Source of the DNA: an uncultured Bacteroidota bacterium
Lineage (GTDB): Bacteria; Bacteroidota; Bacteroidia; Bacteroidales; SZUA-534
Assembly: GCA_946414435.1 (NCBI GenBank)
Contig: CAMKOM010000001.1
Location: 42,402-106,401, forward strand
DNA: 64,000 nt
Direction: 5' to 3'
Each line of letters begins with the position of its first letter. Position 1 is the stretch's first letter. The translations under genes and the position numbers were made by a program. The notes under the pieces are model-generated. The model was given only the letters and a program-made list of their open reading frames with translations, did not search any database and was not told the DNA's origin. Positions 21,162 through 29,148 of the stretch are shown in pieces.

Positions 21162-21195
21162 ATTGAAAATTGAAAATTGAGAATAGAAAATTATA
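21161..21195. repeat. 7-bp tandem repeat AATTGAA x5 (degenerating) between the OM barrel and ABC genes
   Basis: AATTGAA AATTGAA AATTGAG AATAGAA AATTATA. The 15-mer AATTGAAAATTGAAA recurs at 35333-35347. Confidence 0.9.
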
Positions 21196-21253
21196 TCTGT
21201 GTAAATCAGTCACATTAACGTTCCTGACAGTTATCGAGACTGCGTTCAAAAAA

Positions 21254-23449
21254 ATGCTAAACGTGTTCAAGAAATTGCATTTCCCGCTTATTCTGCAAGC
21301 CGACTCAAGTGATTGCGGCGTGGCAAGCCTTGCTATGATTGCACGATACTATGGCGCAAGCATAGATTACGACACCTTACGACAAAGGTGTCAAGTTTCT
21401 CGTGCTGGCATCAGTATGCTAACCATCAATATCGAAGCACAAAAATTGGGATTTGAGACAAACGCAGTACAACTGCAATTTGACACTCTGCGTACCGAAG
21501 CGCAACTGCCGTGCATTGTCTTTTGGAATAAGGAACATTTTATAGTTATACGCCGCGTAACCAAACGCAAAGTGTTAGTAGCCGACCCGGGCAAAGGACT
21601 ACTTGCCTACTCTCACGCCGATTTTCAGAAAAACTGGTGCTGCGAGGATGACAAGGGTTACGCCCTGCTGCTCAATCCTGTAAATCTGGAAACCAGCGGC
21701 ATTGCCCAAAAGAAGAAATCAGCCCTGCGCCAACTTCTGCAATATGCCGCAAAACGCAAGCGCGATTTTGCCAAAGCCGCCGCCCTGCTTCTATTAGCAA
21801 GTCTGCTGCAATTGGTCATTCCTTTTCTAACGCAAGCCGTAGTCGACAAAGGTGTTGAGCAAAAAAACATCAATTTGCTAATTACTATATTACTCGCACA
21901 AGGTGGATTGATTTTAGGACGTACCATAGCCGACTTCGGACGACAGTGGATTACGCTCAAAATAAGTGCTTTTGTCAACATATCAATAATTTCTGATTTT
22001 ATTGAGAAACTGTTGCACCTGCCAATACCTTTCTTTGAAGCAAAGAAAACCGCCGACATTATTCAACGCATCTTTGATTTCGAGCGAATCGATAATTTTA
22101 TGACGCAATACTCAATGTCATTTTTATTTTCGGTGGTTTCGTTCGCGGTATTTGGCATTGTTTTAGCTACATATTCACCCAAAATGCTTATTATTTTTCT
22201 GATAGGCAGTACATTATATTTAAGTTGGATTCTACTCTTTATTGGTCACCGCCGGATTTTGGACAAAACTCGATTCGACCGTATGTCGCAAACCCAATTC
22301 AACACCATCGAAATTGTTGAAGGCGCATCAGAAATACGCTTACGCGACAGCCAAACATACTTTAAATGCAAATGGCGTGATGCGCAAGAGCAAGTGTACG
22401 ATGTTAATTTTAAAAGTCTCAAACTTGAACAGCACAGCGAGTTGGGTGCAACAGTAATAAACGAGTCGAAAAATTTGCTCATTACATTTGCCGTGGCATC
22501 GATGGTGATTAACGATCAGCTTACATTGGGCACAATGCTTGCAGTACAGTATATTATCGGTCAGATGAATAGTCCGCTTGACAAGATGGTGATTTTCGTC
22601 AACCGGATGCAAGACACAAAACTGAGCCTTGAACGCATTGCCGATGTTACCGACAAGGCCGACGAGAACGAGAATACCCCCATTCCAACACTCAATGGCG
22701 GCACCGAAGGGATTTCCGTATGCGACGTATCGTTCGCTTACAATTCCACACCCGATGATTTGGTACTCAACAATATCAACATACATATTTCAAAAGGGAA
22801 AACAACTGCTATTGTCGGCTCGAGTGGTAGTGGGAAAACAACACTTCTAAAACTGATTCTGCAATACTACAAACCTCAACAAGGCGGAATATTCATCAAC
22901 GATGCACAAAACGAACCGCTGACTGCAGGAAAGTTCCGCCGATTATGTGGCTGCGTGATGCAAGACGGTTACATTTTTTCCGACACCATTGCCCGTAATA
23001 TTGTGATGAACGAAAAAGATGAAGATATTGATTACGAAAGACTTGAATCTGCGGCAAGAACTGCTTGCATTTTCGATTTTATTGTGTCGCTGCCCATTGG
23101 GTTTATGACAAAAATCGGAGATGCCGGGTTAGATTTGAGCAAAGGCCAGAAACAAAGGATATTGATAGCCCGCGCAATCTATGCCAATCCAAATTATCTG
23201 TTTTTCGATGAAGCCACAAATTCACTCGACACAGTGAACGAAAAAATGATAACCGACAATTTGCAAAGCATTTACAAAGGTCGCACGGTTCTTGTAATCG
23301 CGCACCGGCTAAGTACGGTCCGCAATGCCGACCAAATAATAGTTTTAGAAAAAGGACAGGTTGCCGAAGTTGGAACACACGATGAGTTGATTGAACGGAA
23401 AGGCAATTACTACAATCTGATTCGTAATCAGTTGGAATTGGAGTCCTAA
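21254..23449 (+). CDS. Bacteriocin/RiPP ABC exporter with N-terminal C39 double-glycine peptidase domain
   Basis: Start placed at ATG 21254 (MLNVFKK) rather than the TTG at 21170, which lies inside the tandem repeat. C39 contexts QADSSDCGVASLAMIARYYG (Cys), KEHFIVIRRV (His), VADPGKG (Asp). Six-TM ABC region. Walker A GSSGSGKTT, signature LSKGQKQR, Walker B LFFDEATNSLD. Confidence 0.9.
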   Translation: MLNVFKKLHFPLILQADSSDCGVASLAMIARYYGASIDYDTLRQRCQVSRAGISMLTINIEAQKLGFETNAVQLQFDTLRTEAQLPCIVFWNKEHFIVIRRVTKRKVLVADPGKGLLAYSHADFQKNWCCEDDKGYALLLNPVNLETSGIAQKKKSALRQLLQYAAKRKRDFAKAAALLLLASLLQLVIPFLTQAVVDKGVEQKNINLLITILLAQGGLILGRTIADFGRQWITLKISAFVNISIISDFIEKLLHLPIPFFEAKKTADIIQRIFDFERIDNFMTQYSMSFLFSVVSFAVFGIVLATYSPKMLIIFLIGSTLYLSWILLFIGHRRILDKTRFDRMSQTQFNTIEIVEGASEIRLRDSQTYFKCKWRDAQEQVYDVNFKSLKLEQHSELGATVINESKNLLITFAVASMVINDQLTLGTMLAVQYIIGQMNSPLDKMVIFVNRMQDTKLSLERIADVTDKADENENTPIPTLNGGTEGISVCDVSFAYNSTPDDLVLNNINIHISKGKTTAIVGSSGSGKTTLLKLILQYYKPQQGGIFINDAQNEPLTAGKFRRLCGCVMQDGYIFSDTIARNIVMNEKDEDIDYERLESAARTACIFDFIVSLPIGFMTKIGDAGLDLSKGQKQRILIARAIYANPNYLFFDEATNSLDTVNEKMITDNLQSIYKGRTVLVIAHRLSTVRNADQIIVLEKGQVAEVGTHDELIERKGNYYNLIRNQLELES

Positions 23450-23467
23450 AAAAGTATTGCTGATTGT

Positions 23468-23496
23468 TCGCGATATTTTCTGTATATCGCGATTTA
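23468..23496 (+). terminator. Hairpin TCGCGATAT-N7-ATATCGCGA followed by TTTAT, after the ABC exporter gene
   Basis: 9-bp perfect stem, 19 nt after the stop codon, with a short U-tract. Confidence 0.5.
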
Positions 23497-23521
23497 TGTC
23501 AAGACATTTTATTTCTATTCT

Positions 23522-23529
23522 TATATTTG
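23522..23529 (+). promoter_or_regulatory. Bacteroidota -7 promoter box TATATTTG
   Basis: Exact TAnnTTTG match, but 240 nt upstream of the HTH gene ATG (23770). This implies a long leader or an unannotated transcript. Confidence 0.3.
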
Positions 23530-23769
23530 CGTTATAATAAATGTTTAATACACAAAAAACTGTTTGATATTTAGAGAAATAAAAAACAAATAGCATTTTT
23601 TCGCATCGGTTCTTCCCAATTAAAAACCGCCATTTTTTAAGCTAACAGAACAGATGACGATGGTTTTATGCCTCAAGGTGTGAACTATTCGTGTTTATCT
23701 GTTAGCAAGGTTGCTTGGCGGTTACCTTATGGGGAGATAAATCCTAACGAATGGCAAACGCCTTTTTTT

Positions 23770-23985
23770 ATGAGCATTCACATTGGACATAGGATACAAG
23801 AAGTGATTAGGAGTCAAGGACGTACTATTACTTGGTTCTCTAAGCAGATATGTTGCACACGAGAAAACGCATACGACATATTCAAACGTTCCAACATCGA
23901 CACCGAACTGCTTAAACGAATATCCAATGTGCTAAATCATAATTTCTTTCAAGATTTGGCTGAAGACATAAGCTGCAAACAATAA
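23770..23985 (+). CDS. Small helix-turn-helix (XRE-like) DNA-binding protein
   Basis: 71 aa from ATG 23770 (MSIHIGHRIQEVIRSQGRTITWFSKQICCTRENAYDIFKR...). HTH-like pattern TITWFSKQICCTRENAYDIFKR. The listed 105-aa form starting at 23668 is less likely. Confidence 0.6.
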   Translation: MSIHIGHRIQEVIRSQGRTITWFSKQICCTRENAYDIFKRSNIDTELLKRISNVLNHNFFQDLAEDISCKQ

Positions 23986-24008
23986 GCCAAACATCCATTG
24001 GCATAAAA

Positions 24009-24044
24009 ACGGCTGAATGTTACGATAACAAAACATCCAGCCGT
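24009..24044. terminator. 13-bp imperfect hairpin between convergent genes
   Basis: ACGGCTGAATGTT-N10-AACATCCAGCCGT (one mismatch), between the HTH gene stop (23985) and the ettA stop (24066). Confidence 0.5.
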
Positions 24045-24065
24045 TAAGTTACTTGTCAAAGGAAA

Positions 24066-25745
24066 TTAATCCTCTTTCAGTTTCCGATACTTAATACGAT
24101 GCGGCTCAATGTCGCCCAGACGTTTCTTCTTATTTTCCTCATATTCAGAGTATGAGCCTTCGAAGAAATAGACTTGCGAGTCGCCTTCGAACGCCAAAAT
24201 GTGAGTGGCCACGCGGTCGAGAAACCATCGGTCGTGCGAAATGACGACGGCGCAACCAGCAAAGTTCTCAAGGCCTTCCTCAAGAGCACGCAGTGTGTTC
24301 ACATCAATATCGTTGCCTGGCTCGTCGAGCAGCAGCACGTTGGCCTCCGATTTAAGCGTGAGAGCCAAATGCAGACGGTTTCGCTCGCCGCCCGAAAGCA
24401 CACCAGCCTTCTTCTCCTGGTCGGCACCCGAGAAGTTGAAACGCGACAGATAGGCCCGCGTATTAACAAACCGTCCGCCGATTTTTATCTCGTCCAATCC
24501 ATCGGAAATTATCTGGTAGACAGTCTTTTCGGGGTCGATTTTGGCGTGCATCTGGTCGATATAGCCGAGTTTGACGGTCTCTCCCACCTTGAACTCACCG
24601 CTATCGGGTTTCTCAATGCCCATAATCAGGCGGAAAAGCGTGGTTTTGCCAGCGCCGTTCGGACCAATGACGCCGACAATGCCGTTTTGCGGCAGAACAA
24701 AATTCAGGTTCTCATAGAGCAGCTTGTCACCATATGCCTTGCTAACATTGTGTGCTTCAATAACATTCGTACCCAAACGCGGTCCGTTCGGAATGAAGAT
24801 TTCGAGTGTCTGCTCCTTCTCTTTTGTGTCTTCGTTGAGCAGGCGGTCGTAAGCGTTCAAACGCGCTTTCTGCTTGGCTTGGCGGGCTTTCGGGGCCATA
24901 CGCACCCACTCCAACTCGCGCTCAAGAGTCTTTCGGCGGCGGCTCTCGGTCTTCTTCTCCATCTCAAGGCGCTTGGTTTTCTGCTCAAGCCACGACGAGT
25001 AGTTTCCCTTCCACGGAATACCTTCGCCGCGGTCGAGTTCGAGAATCCAACCTGCCACATTATCAAGGAAATAACGGTCGTGAGTAACGGCAATAACCGT
25101 GCCTTTGTATTGCTGCAAATGCGCTTCGAGCCACTGCACCGATTCGGCGTCAAGATGGTTGGTGGGCTCATCAAGCAGCAGAATGTCAGGCTCTTGCAGA
25201 AGTAATCGGCACAAAGCCACACGGCGGCGCTCACCACCCGACAGGTTCTCTATCTTCCAATCGGCTGGCGGACAGCGCAATGCGTCCATCGCGCGCTCCA
25301 GTGTGCTATCAAGTTCCCAACCGTTGTGCTGCTCAATCAACTCGGTCAGTTCGCCCTGACGCTCAATGAGTTTGGTCATTTCATCGTCGCTCATCGGCTC
25401 GGCAAACTTCAGGTTCACTTCTTCGTACTCCTTCAGCAAAGCGACAACTTCGGCCGTGCCTTCTTCAACCACTTCACGCACAGTCTTTTGCGGGTCGAGT
25501 TGCGGTTCCTGCTCCAGATAGCCGACCGAATAGCCTGGCGAGAATACGACCTCACCTTCGAAACTCTTGTCAACGCCTGCGATAATCTTCATCAGCGTCG
25601 ATTTTCCCGCGCCGTTCAAGCCCAAAATGCCGATTTTGGCGCCGTAGAAAAACGACAAATAAATGTTGTTCAATATCTTTTTCTGCGGCGGAATGGTCTT
25701 GCCCACTCCCACCATCGAGAAAATAACCTTGTTGTCTTCTGCCAT
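24066..25745 (-). CDS. ettA: Energy-dependent translational throttle ABC-F protein EttA
   Basis: 559 aa with two ABC cassettes (GLNGAGKST and GPNGAGKTT; LSGGERRR and LSGGERNR). N-terminus [25 protein letters not shown] and the interdomain linker are typical of EttA. Confidence 0.9.
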   Translation of the reverse strand: MAEDNKVIFSMVGVGKTIPPQKKILNNIYLSFFYGAKIGILGLNGAGKSTLMKIIAGVDKSFEGEVVFSPGYSVGYLEQEPQLDPQKTVREVVEEGTAEVVALLKEYEEVNLKFAEPMSDDEMTKLIERQGELTELIEQHNGWELDSTLERAMDALRCPPADWKIENLSGGERRRVALCRLLLQEPDILLLDEPTNHLDAESVQWLEAHLQQYKGTVIAVTHDRYFLDNVAGWILELDRGEGIPWKGNYSSWLEQKTKRLEMEKKTESRRRKTLERELEWVRMAPKARQAKQKARLNAYDRLLNEDTKEKEQTLEIFIPNGPRLGTNVIEAHNVSKAYGDKLLYENLNFVLPQNGIVGVIGPNGAGKTTLFRLIMGIEKPDSGEFKVGETVKLGYIDQMHAKIDPEKTVYQIISDGLDEIKIGGRFVNTRAYLSRFNFSGADQEKKAGVLSGGERNRLHLALTLKSEANVLLLDEPGNDIDVNTLRALEEGLENFAGCAVVISHDRWFLDRVATHILAFEGDSQVYFFEGSYSEYEENKKKRLGDIEPHRIKYRKLKED

Positions 25746-25761
25746 AACTTTAAATTTTTGC

Positions 25762-25769
25762 CAAAAATA
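25762..25769 (-). promoter_or_regulatory. Candidate -7 box TATTTTTG for ettA
   Basis: CAAAAATA on the plus strand, 16 nt upstream of the ettA ATG; the implied leader is very short. Confidence 0.3.
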
Positions 25770-25814
25770 ATTAAATCATCTTGCGTTGCAATTGGTTACT
25801 AAATTTCAAAATGT

Positions 25815-25822
25815 TAGTTTTG
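25815..25822 (+). promoter_or_regulatory. Bacteroidota -7 promoter box TAGTTTTG
   Basis: Exact TAnnTTTG match, 22 nt upstream of the ATG at 25845. Confidence 0.45.
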
Positions 25823-25844
25823 CGCCAAAGAAATTGCGACAACA

Positions 25845-27137
25845 ATGAAATTCAATATAAACTTCGGCAGTATCAGCAATTTAGGCAAGGTAAAGGAACA
25901 CAACACCGACGCCGTTGTTGAGTTTCCGATTGCCGACGGACACGTTTTTGCAATTTGCGACGGCCACGACGGCGTTGAGTTCGGCGGCGCACTGGCGGCA
26001 AAAATCACCACCGAAGAAATCAAACGCTACTTTTTCGACCGCTCGTACAGCAACCTTTCGAACGCCTTGACAAACGCGGTGTCGTATGCCAACTATTGCG
26101 TTTTCAATCAGGCAAATACGAATGAAAAATACAACGGCATCGGCTCAACTTTGGCCATCTTGATTGTCCAGAACGACGAAGCCTACTACGCATCGGCAGG
26201 CAACAGCCGCATCTACATCCACAAAGACGGCCAGATTGCCCAAATCACCCGCGACCACATTGAGAACGGCGAAGTGAGCGTGCTGGTTGGCAAAGAGAAA
26301 AACATCAAATTCAGCGTCTGCAAGAACCCAATCCAACTCGACGGCAACGAAACATTCCTGCTCTGCTCCGACGGTCTGACCAGCCAACTGTCTGACAACG
26401 AGATATTTGAAGTTCTAAACAACAGCGATATGTCGTCGGAAATGAAGACCGCCCGCCTGATTGAGTTGGCGAACAACGCTGGCGGCGCTGACAATGTTTC
26501 GGTACAAGTAATTGACTTTTCAACAATGACAAAAAAGAAGGAACCGCAGGTGTCGATATGGCGCACAGTGGCCATTGTATCGTCGCTATTGCTCTTTATC
26601 ATAGTGTTTTACGAAATTTACAAGCACAAGGTGAACGAAGGCGCGCCCGAGCGTCAGCCAATTGAGCAAACCGCCGCACCAACGCCAGCAAGCGAACCCG
26701 CAAAGCAAGAGCAAACGGCTGCTAATCAAACCGTTGAGCAAACGCAAGCCGCAAACCAGACCAGCGCTCAAGCCGAAAACAAAATCGCAAAGACTGCCGA
26801 GCCCACCGCAAAGCAAGCCAAACCAATGGACGACAACAAGATACACATTCACGTTGTTGAGAAGGGCCAGAACCTATTCCGCATCGGATTGCGCTACAAT
26901 GTGCCGCTTGCAAAACTCGAAGAAATGAACGGTGAAGCCGCCACGCAACTAATTGTCGGCGCTCGGCTGAAAATCCCCGTAAAGGCCATCCACAAAATTG
27001 CCAACGGCGAGACCATTGAATCGATTGCCGCACGATACGGCAACCCCGCATCGGACATCATCAAAGCGAACCAACTCTCTGACGGCGAGCAACTTGAAGT
27101 GGGCGACGAACTGATTATTCCGCTGTCGAAGAAATAA
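25845..27137 (+). CDS. PP2C Ser/Thr phosphatase - TM - low-complexity linker - two LysM domains
   Basis: PP2C motifs FAICDGHDG, LLCSDGL, GGADNVSVQVI. TM VAIVSSLLLFIIVF. Ala/Gln/Thr/Pro-rich linker. Two LysM-like units (HVVEKGQNLFRIGLRYNV...LKIP and HKIANGETIESIAARYG...LIIP). Confidence 0.8.
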   Translation: MKFNINFGSISNLGKVKEHNTDAVVEFPIADGHVFAICDGHDGVEFGGALAAKITTEEIKRYFFDRSYSNLSNALTNAVSYANYCVFNQANTNEKYNGIGSTLAILIVQNDEAYYASAGNSRIYIHKDGQIAQITRDHIENGEVSVLVGKEKNIKFSVCKNPIQLDGNETFLLCSDGLTSQLSDNEIFEVLNNSDMSSEMKTARLIELANNAGGADNVSVQVIDFSTMTKKKEPQVSIWRTVAIVSSLLLFIIVFYEIYKHKVNEGAPERQPIEQTAAPTPASEPAKQEQTAANQTVEQTQAANQTSAQAENKIAKTAEPTAKQAKPMDDNKIHIHVVEKGQNLFRIGLRYNVPLAKLEEMNGEAATQLIVGARLKIPVKAIHKIANGETIESIAARYGNPASDIIKANQLSDGEQLEVGDELIIPLSKK

Positions 27138-27138
27138 T

Positions 27139-27250
27139 TGAAGGACTGAAGGATTGAAGGACTGAAGGAATGAATAATTTCAACCTGTTAAACTTGTTAA
27201 ACCTTTCAACCTTCACCGATTCACCAATTAGCTGATTCAACGATTCACCA
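27139..27250. repeat. Intergenic spacer made almost entirely of 8-bp-periodic word repeats
   Basis: TGAAGGAC TGAAGGAT TGAAGGAC TGAAGGAA TGAATAAT, then TTCAACCT GTTAAACT TGTTAAAC CTTTCAAC CTTCACCG ATTCACCA ATTAGCTG ATTCAACG ATTCACCA. AAACCTTTCAAC (27199-27210) recurs at 50517-50528. Confidence 0.9.
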
Positions 27251-27255
27251 ATAAA

Positions 27256-27795
27256 ATGACCATTTCTGAAACTGAAGAGATTCTACCGCTGGTTGACGAC
27301 CAGGGCAACGTGATTGGCAAAGCGCTGCGCAGCCAATGCCACTCCGACCGCACTCTGCTGCATCCTGTTGTGCATCTGCACGTTTTCAATCTGAAAGGCG
27401 AACTCTATCTGCAAAAACGCGCCCTAACCAAACGAATCCAACCAGGCAAATGGGACACTGCCGTTGGCGGACACATTGCCTACGGCGAAGAAATTGCCGT
27501 CGCCCTGCGCCGCGAAGCCCGCGAAGAAATCGGTCTGACCGACTTTGAACCGATTGCAATCACAAGTTACAAATGGCAGTCGGCGGTTGAGAGTGAGATG
27601 ATTAACGTGTTTGCAACCGTCACCGACAAACCGCTGGTCAGCCACAACGATGAGATTGACGATGCCCGCTTCTGGCCGCTCAACGAAATCCGCAACTCAA
27701 TTGGCAAAGGCATAATGACACCAAATTTTGAGAAAGAATTTACGAATGTTATTGATTGCGAGCGTGTTTTGAGTTTAGTGGGGACGCAACGATAA
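27256..27795 (+). CDS. NUDIX hydrolase
   Basis: Nudix box GGHIAYGEEIAVALRREAREEIGL. Confidence 0.8.
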   Translation: MTISETEEILPLVDDQGNVIGKALRSQCHSDRTLLHPVVHLHVFNLKGELYLQKRALTKRIQPGKWDTAVGGHIAYGEEIAVALRREAREEIGLTDFEPIAITSYKWQSAVESEMINVFATVTDKPLVSHNDEIDDARFWPLNEIRNSIGKGIMTPNFEKEFTNVIDCERVLSLVGTQR

Positions 27796-27824
27796 GCTCC
27801 GGCTAAAACTGCCAAACCATACAA

Positions 27825-27858
27825 CAAAAAAAGGCGAACCTCACGGTTCGCCCTTTGT
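27825..27858. terminator. Bidirectional Rho-independent terminator
   Basis: AAAAAAA-GGCGAACC-TCAC-GGTTCGCC-CTTTGT between convergent genes. The U-tract is strong for the minus-strand gene. Confidence 0.75.
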
Positions 27859-27877
27859 ATATTCGGTAATGAATTAA

Positions 27878-29041
27878 TTATTCTTCTGTGGAATTGTCCT
27901 CACCTTCATTTGCTGGCTCTTCATTCTGATTTTCAGAATTTTCGGCATTGTTTCCCTCGTCGCCATTGTTCTCACCATTCTCTTCACCGTTATTCTCACC
28001 ATTGTTCTCATCAGGAGTGGTTGGAGTGCTAGCTCCTATTTCTTTTTTCTTCTCGTTGAACAACGCTTTCGCAGTTTCTTCAGTCATCTCAGCAAGCGCT
28101 TTCGATGAATATGCCAGCACAACGTTGCCGCCATCGACGCTGACCGATTTGTAGATACGGTCGCCATTTTCATCTTTTGCTCGGCTCTCAGCTTTGGCGT
28201 AAGCCTTGGCGTCATCGGCATTTTTGAACGCAACCACAACCGTACCCGATGCAAAAGTGCCATCTTCGTTTAGTTTGTAGTTGTAGGCCACGCCTTGTCC
28301 AGCACTCGCTTTCACATATGTCATTGTGATTGACGATGTGTCTTTCTTCGTTTCATCAGCGTCTTTGGTCAAATCCAAGCGAGAATTTTTGCTGTTCGTG
28401 CTAGGCTTGGTTTCTTCAGGTTTGTTTTCATCTTTGTTTTTGTTGGCCTCAGCAGATTTTTTCGCTTTCGAGATGTCTGAATCTATTTCGGCTTTTTCTT
28501 CTTCATACATAGCTTTAACCATACTGTATGTCAAGCCATCTAAATCATCAAAAATACCTGTTATTGTTTTGCCGTCTATTTCCAGTGTTGCATATTTTGC
28601 CAAATCGGTTGTATCAGCTTTCATATCATCATACATCTTTTGGGCATATTCTTCCTTGCTACAAGTGATAACAACCTTCCACGAAACGATTAGCAACGAA
28701 TCTTTTACAACATCGGCAGTTTCCGGTTTTGCCTCGCCCGTGCTATCCGCCAGAGCGGGTTCATCAGCCGTAAACGTATATTTGAATATGTTTTGATATT
28801 CAACTTTAGCTTCCTCTGGGGCGATAAAATTATAAGTTACTGTGTACGACAATTCCTCATCGTTATCATTTAAATCACTGATTTTCACGGTATATTTTGC
28901 ACCGTCTTTTTCAACAACAACGTTGTCATCGTTGTTGTTATCGTCTTCGCCATCGTCGCCTTTGCACGATGCGAAATTCAAAGCCACCGCAACCGCACTG
29001 GCTACCAGAAACATACTTTTGAAAATTCTTTTCATAGTCAT
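27878..29041 (-). CDS. Acidic low-complexity lipoprotein of unknown function
   Basis: Lipobox ALNFASCKGDD. C-terminal tail rich in Asn/Glu/Gly (NGENNGEENGENNGDEGNNAEN). Confidence 0.6.
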   Translation of the reverse strand: MTMKRIFKSMFLVASAVAVALNFASCKGDDGEDDNNNDDNVVVEKDGAKYTVKISDLNDNDEELSYTVTYNFIAPEEAKVEYQNIFKYTFTADEPALADSTGEAKPETADVVKDSLLIVSWKVVITCSKEEYAQKMYDDMKADTTDLAKYATLEIDGKTITGIFDDLDGLTYSMVKAMYEEEKAEIDSDISKAKKSAEANKNKDENKPEETKPSTNSKNSRLDLTKDADETKKDTSSITMTYVKASAGQGVAYNYKLNEDGTFASGTVVVAFKNADDAKAYAKAESRAKDENGDRIYKSVSVDGGNVVLAYSSKALAEMTEETAKALFNEKKKEIGASTPTTPDENNGENNGEENGENNGDEGNNAENSENQNEEPANEGEDNSTEE

Positions 29042-29148
29042 AATATTTTACAACCAACAAAGATAACCACAATGATGAAAAAACGGAAGAATTATGGTAA
29101 ACACTCATAAATCTTCCGTAATAATTGAAATATGATTGCCGAAACGGC

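Noticed and set aside
21170-21253. TTG-initiated 28-aa N-terminal extension of the ABC exporter
   Set aside because: The TTG sits inside the AATTGAA tandem repeat. The conserved C39 domain begins just after the in-frame ATG at 21254.
12883-24065. Calling the AT-rich island an integrative mobile element
   Set aside because: No integrase, transposase, relaxase, tRNA attachment site or flanking direct repeats could be found by eye. Only compositional evidence exists.
27139-27250. CRISPR array or MITE interpretation of the periodic repeats
   Set aside because: The units are only 7-14 bp with no unique spacers between them. There are no cas genes, terminal inverted repeats or target-site duplications.
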